The notes under the pieces are model-generated. The model saw only the letters and a list, made by a program, of their open reading frames with translations, did no database searches and had not been told where the DNA came from. From assembly GCA_963514005.1 (NCBI GenBank), contig OY740784.1, positions 82,398,001-82,462,000 of the forward strand: a stretch of DNA of 64,000 bases. Direction: 5' to 3'. Shown piece after piece: positions 63,458 through 64,000 of the stretch (its first letter is position 1; each line of letters opens with the position of its first letter). Source of the stretch: Raja brachyura. Lineage: Eukaryota. A program made the position numbers and the translations under genes.

Positions 63458-64000
63458 AACATGGCACTCTCAAACACACGTAACAAATGAACCATTTTAC
63501 CATTGGAATCTTGTACTATATTGTGTACAGTTTTTGGAGCATACCTTCAATAGTTGTTAAGATATGACTTCAACTCCAAATACTCAGTTGTTGTGTTTTT
63601 CTTGCTCCTTTACTCATAGCCAGAATCACGAAAGTTTCATATTCTGGTTATGGTTTGAGTTGTCTTGCAAGATTTGCATGGTACTACTTGTTTCAATAGT
63701 AAATTTTACCGAAAAGTACTTCAAAATTTTTTAGAAAAATTGTACATTCAGAAAATTAATAGGCCCTAGGTTACAGTAAAAGGACAAACTGTGGGTTGGA
63801 AACGGGGAGAGGCCAGGGTTCTAACTTAGTTCCTTGACAATGGTTCTGAGAGTGAACTGCTAAAGGGCCTAGAAAGCATAAACTGACTGGAGTATGGATG
63901 GACAAGTGTGCTAATTGTCTTCACATGAAGTAGAAACTTGAAATTATATATTTTTTCTTTGAAGATGTCCTGCTCTGTTTAAAAAAAAAGGTGATTTTTG
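63458..64000 (+). other. SALL3: SALL3 3' UTR (proximal part; probably continues beyond the window)
   Basis: Follows the stop codon; no AATAAA seen before the window end. Confidence 0.7.

Noticed and set aside
1-64000. CRISPR array or prokaryotic system
   Set aside because: No regularly spaced direct repeats or operons; spliced vertebrate locus.

Overview
Vertebrate genomic DNA, most likely a cartilaginous fish (skate/ray-like, inferred from HE1/V-SINE, CR1/HER1-type LINE and Penelope repeat content). The window holds one protein-coding gene, the spalt-like zinc-finger transcription factor SALL3 on the + strand, with three coding exons (11281-11356, 49675-53156, 63026-63457; 3990 nt, 1329 aa), a 38.3 kb intron 1 and a 9.9 kb intron 2. 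About 17.5 kb around exon 1 has no transposons I can recognise and contains a broad AT-rich but CpG-retaining domain plus several candidate developmental enhancers. The rest is littered with CR1, Rex1/Babar, Penelope-like (Neptune-type), HE1 and Deu-domain SINE fragments and two TA-flanked MITEs. Most notable: (1) a dispersed family of Penelope-derived repeats carrying minimal type I hammerhead ribozyme cores (one with an intact core, one enclosed in a ~150 bp hairpin); (2) an in-frame 216 nt exitron in exon 2 that removes exactly the third zinc-finger cluster; (3) a dense uORF cluster before the start codon; (4) a perfect GLI site with a nearby SOX site in intron 1. Repeat family names and boundaries come from visual recognition, not database searches, and are approximate. 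Nearly all other ORFs in the track are spurious.
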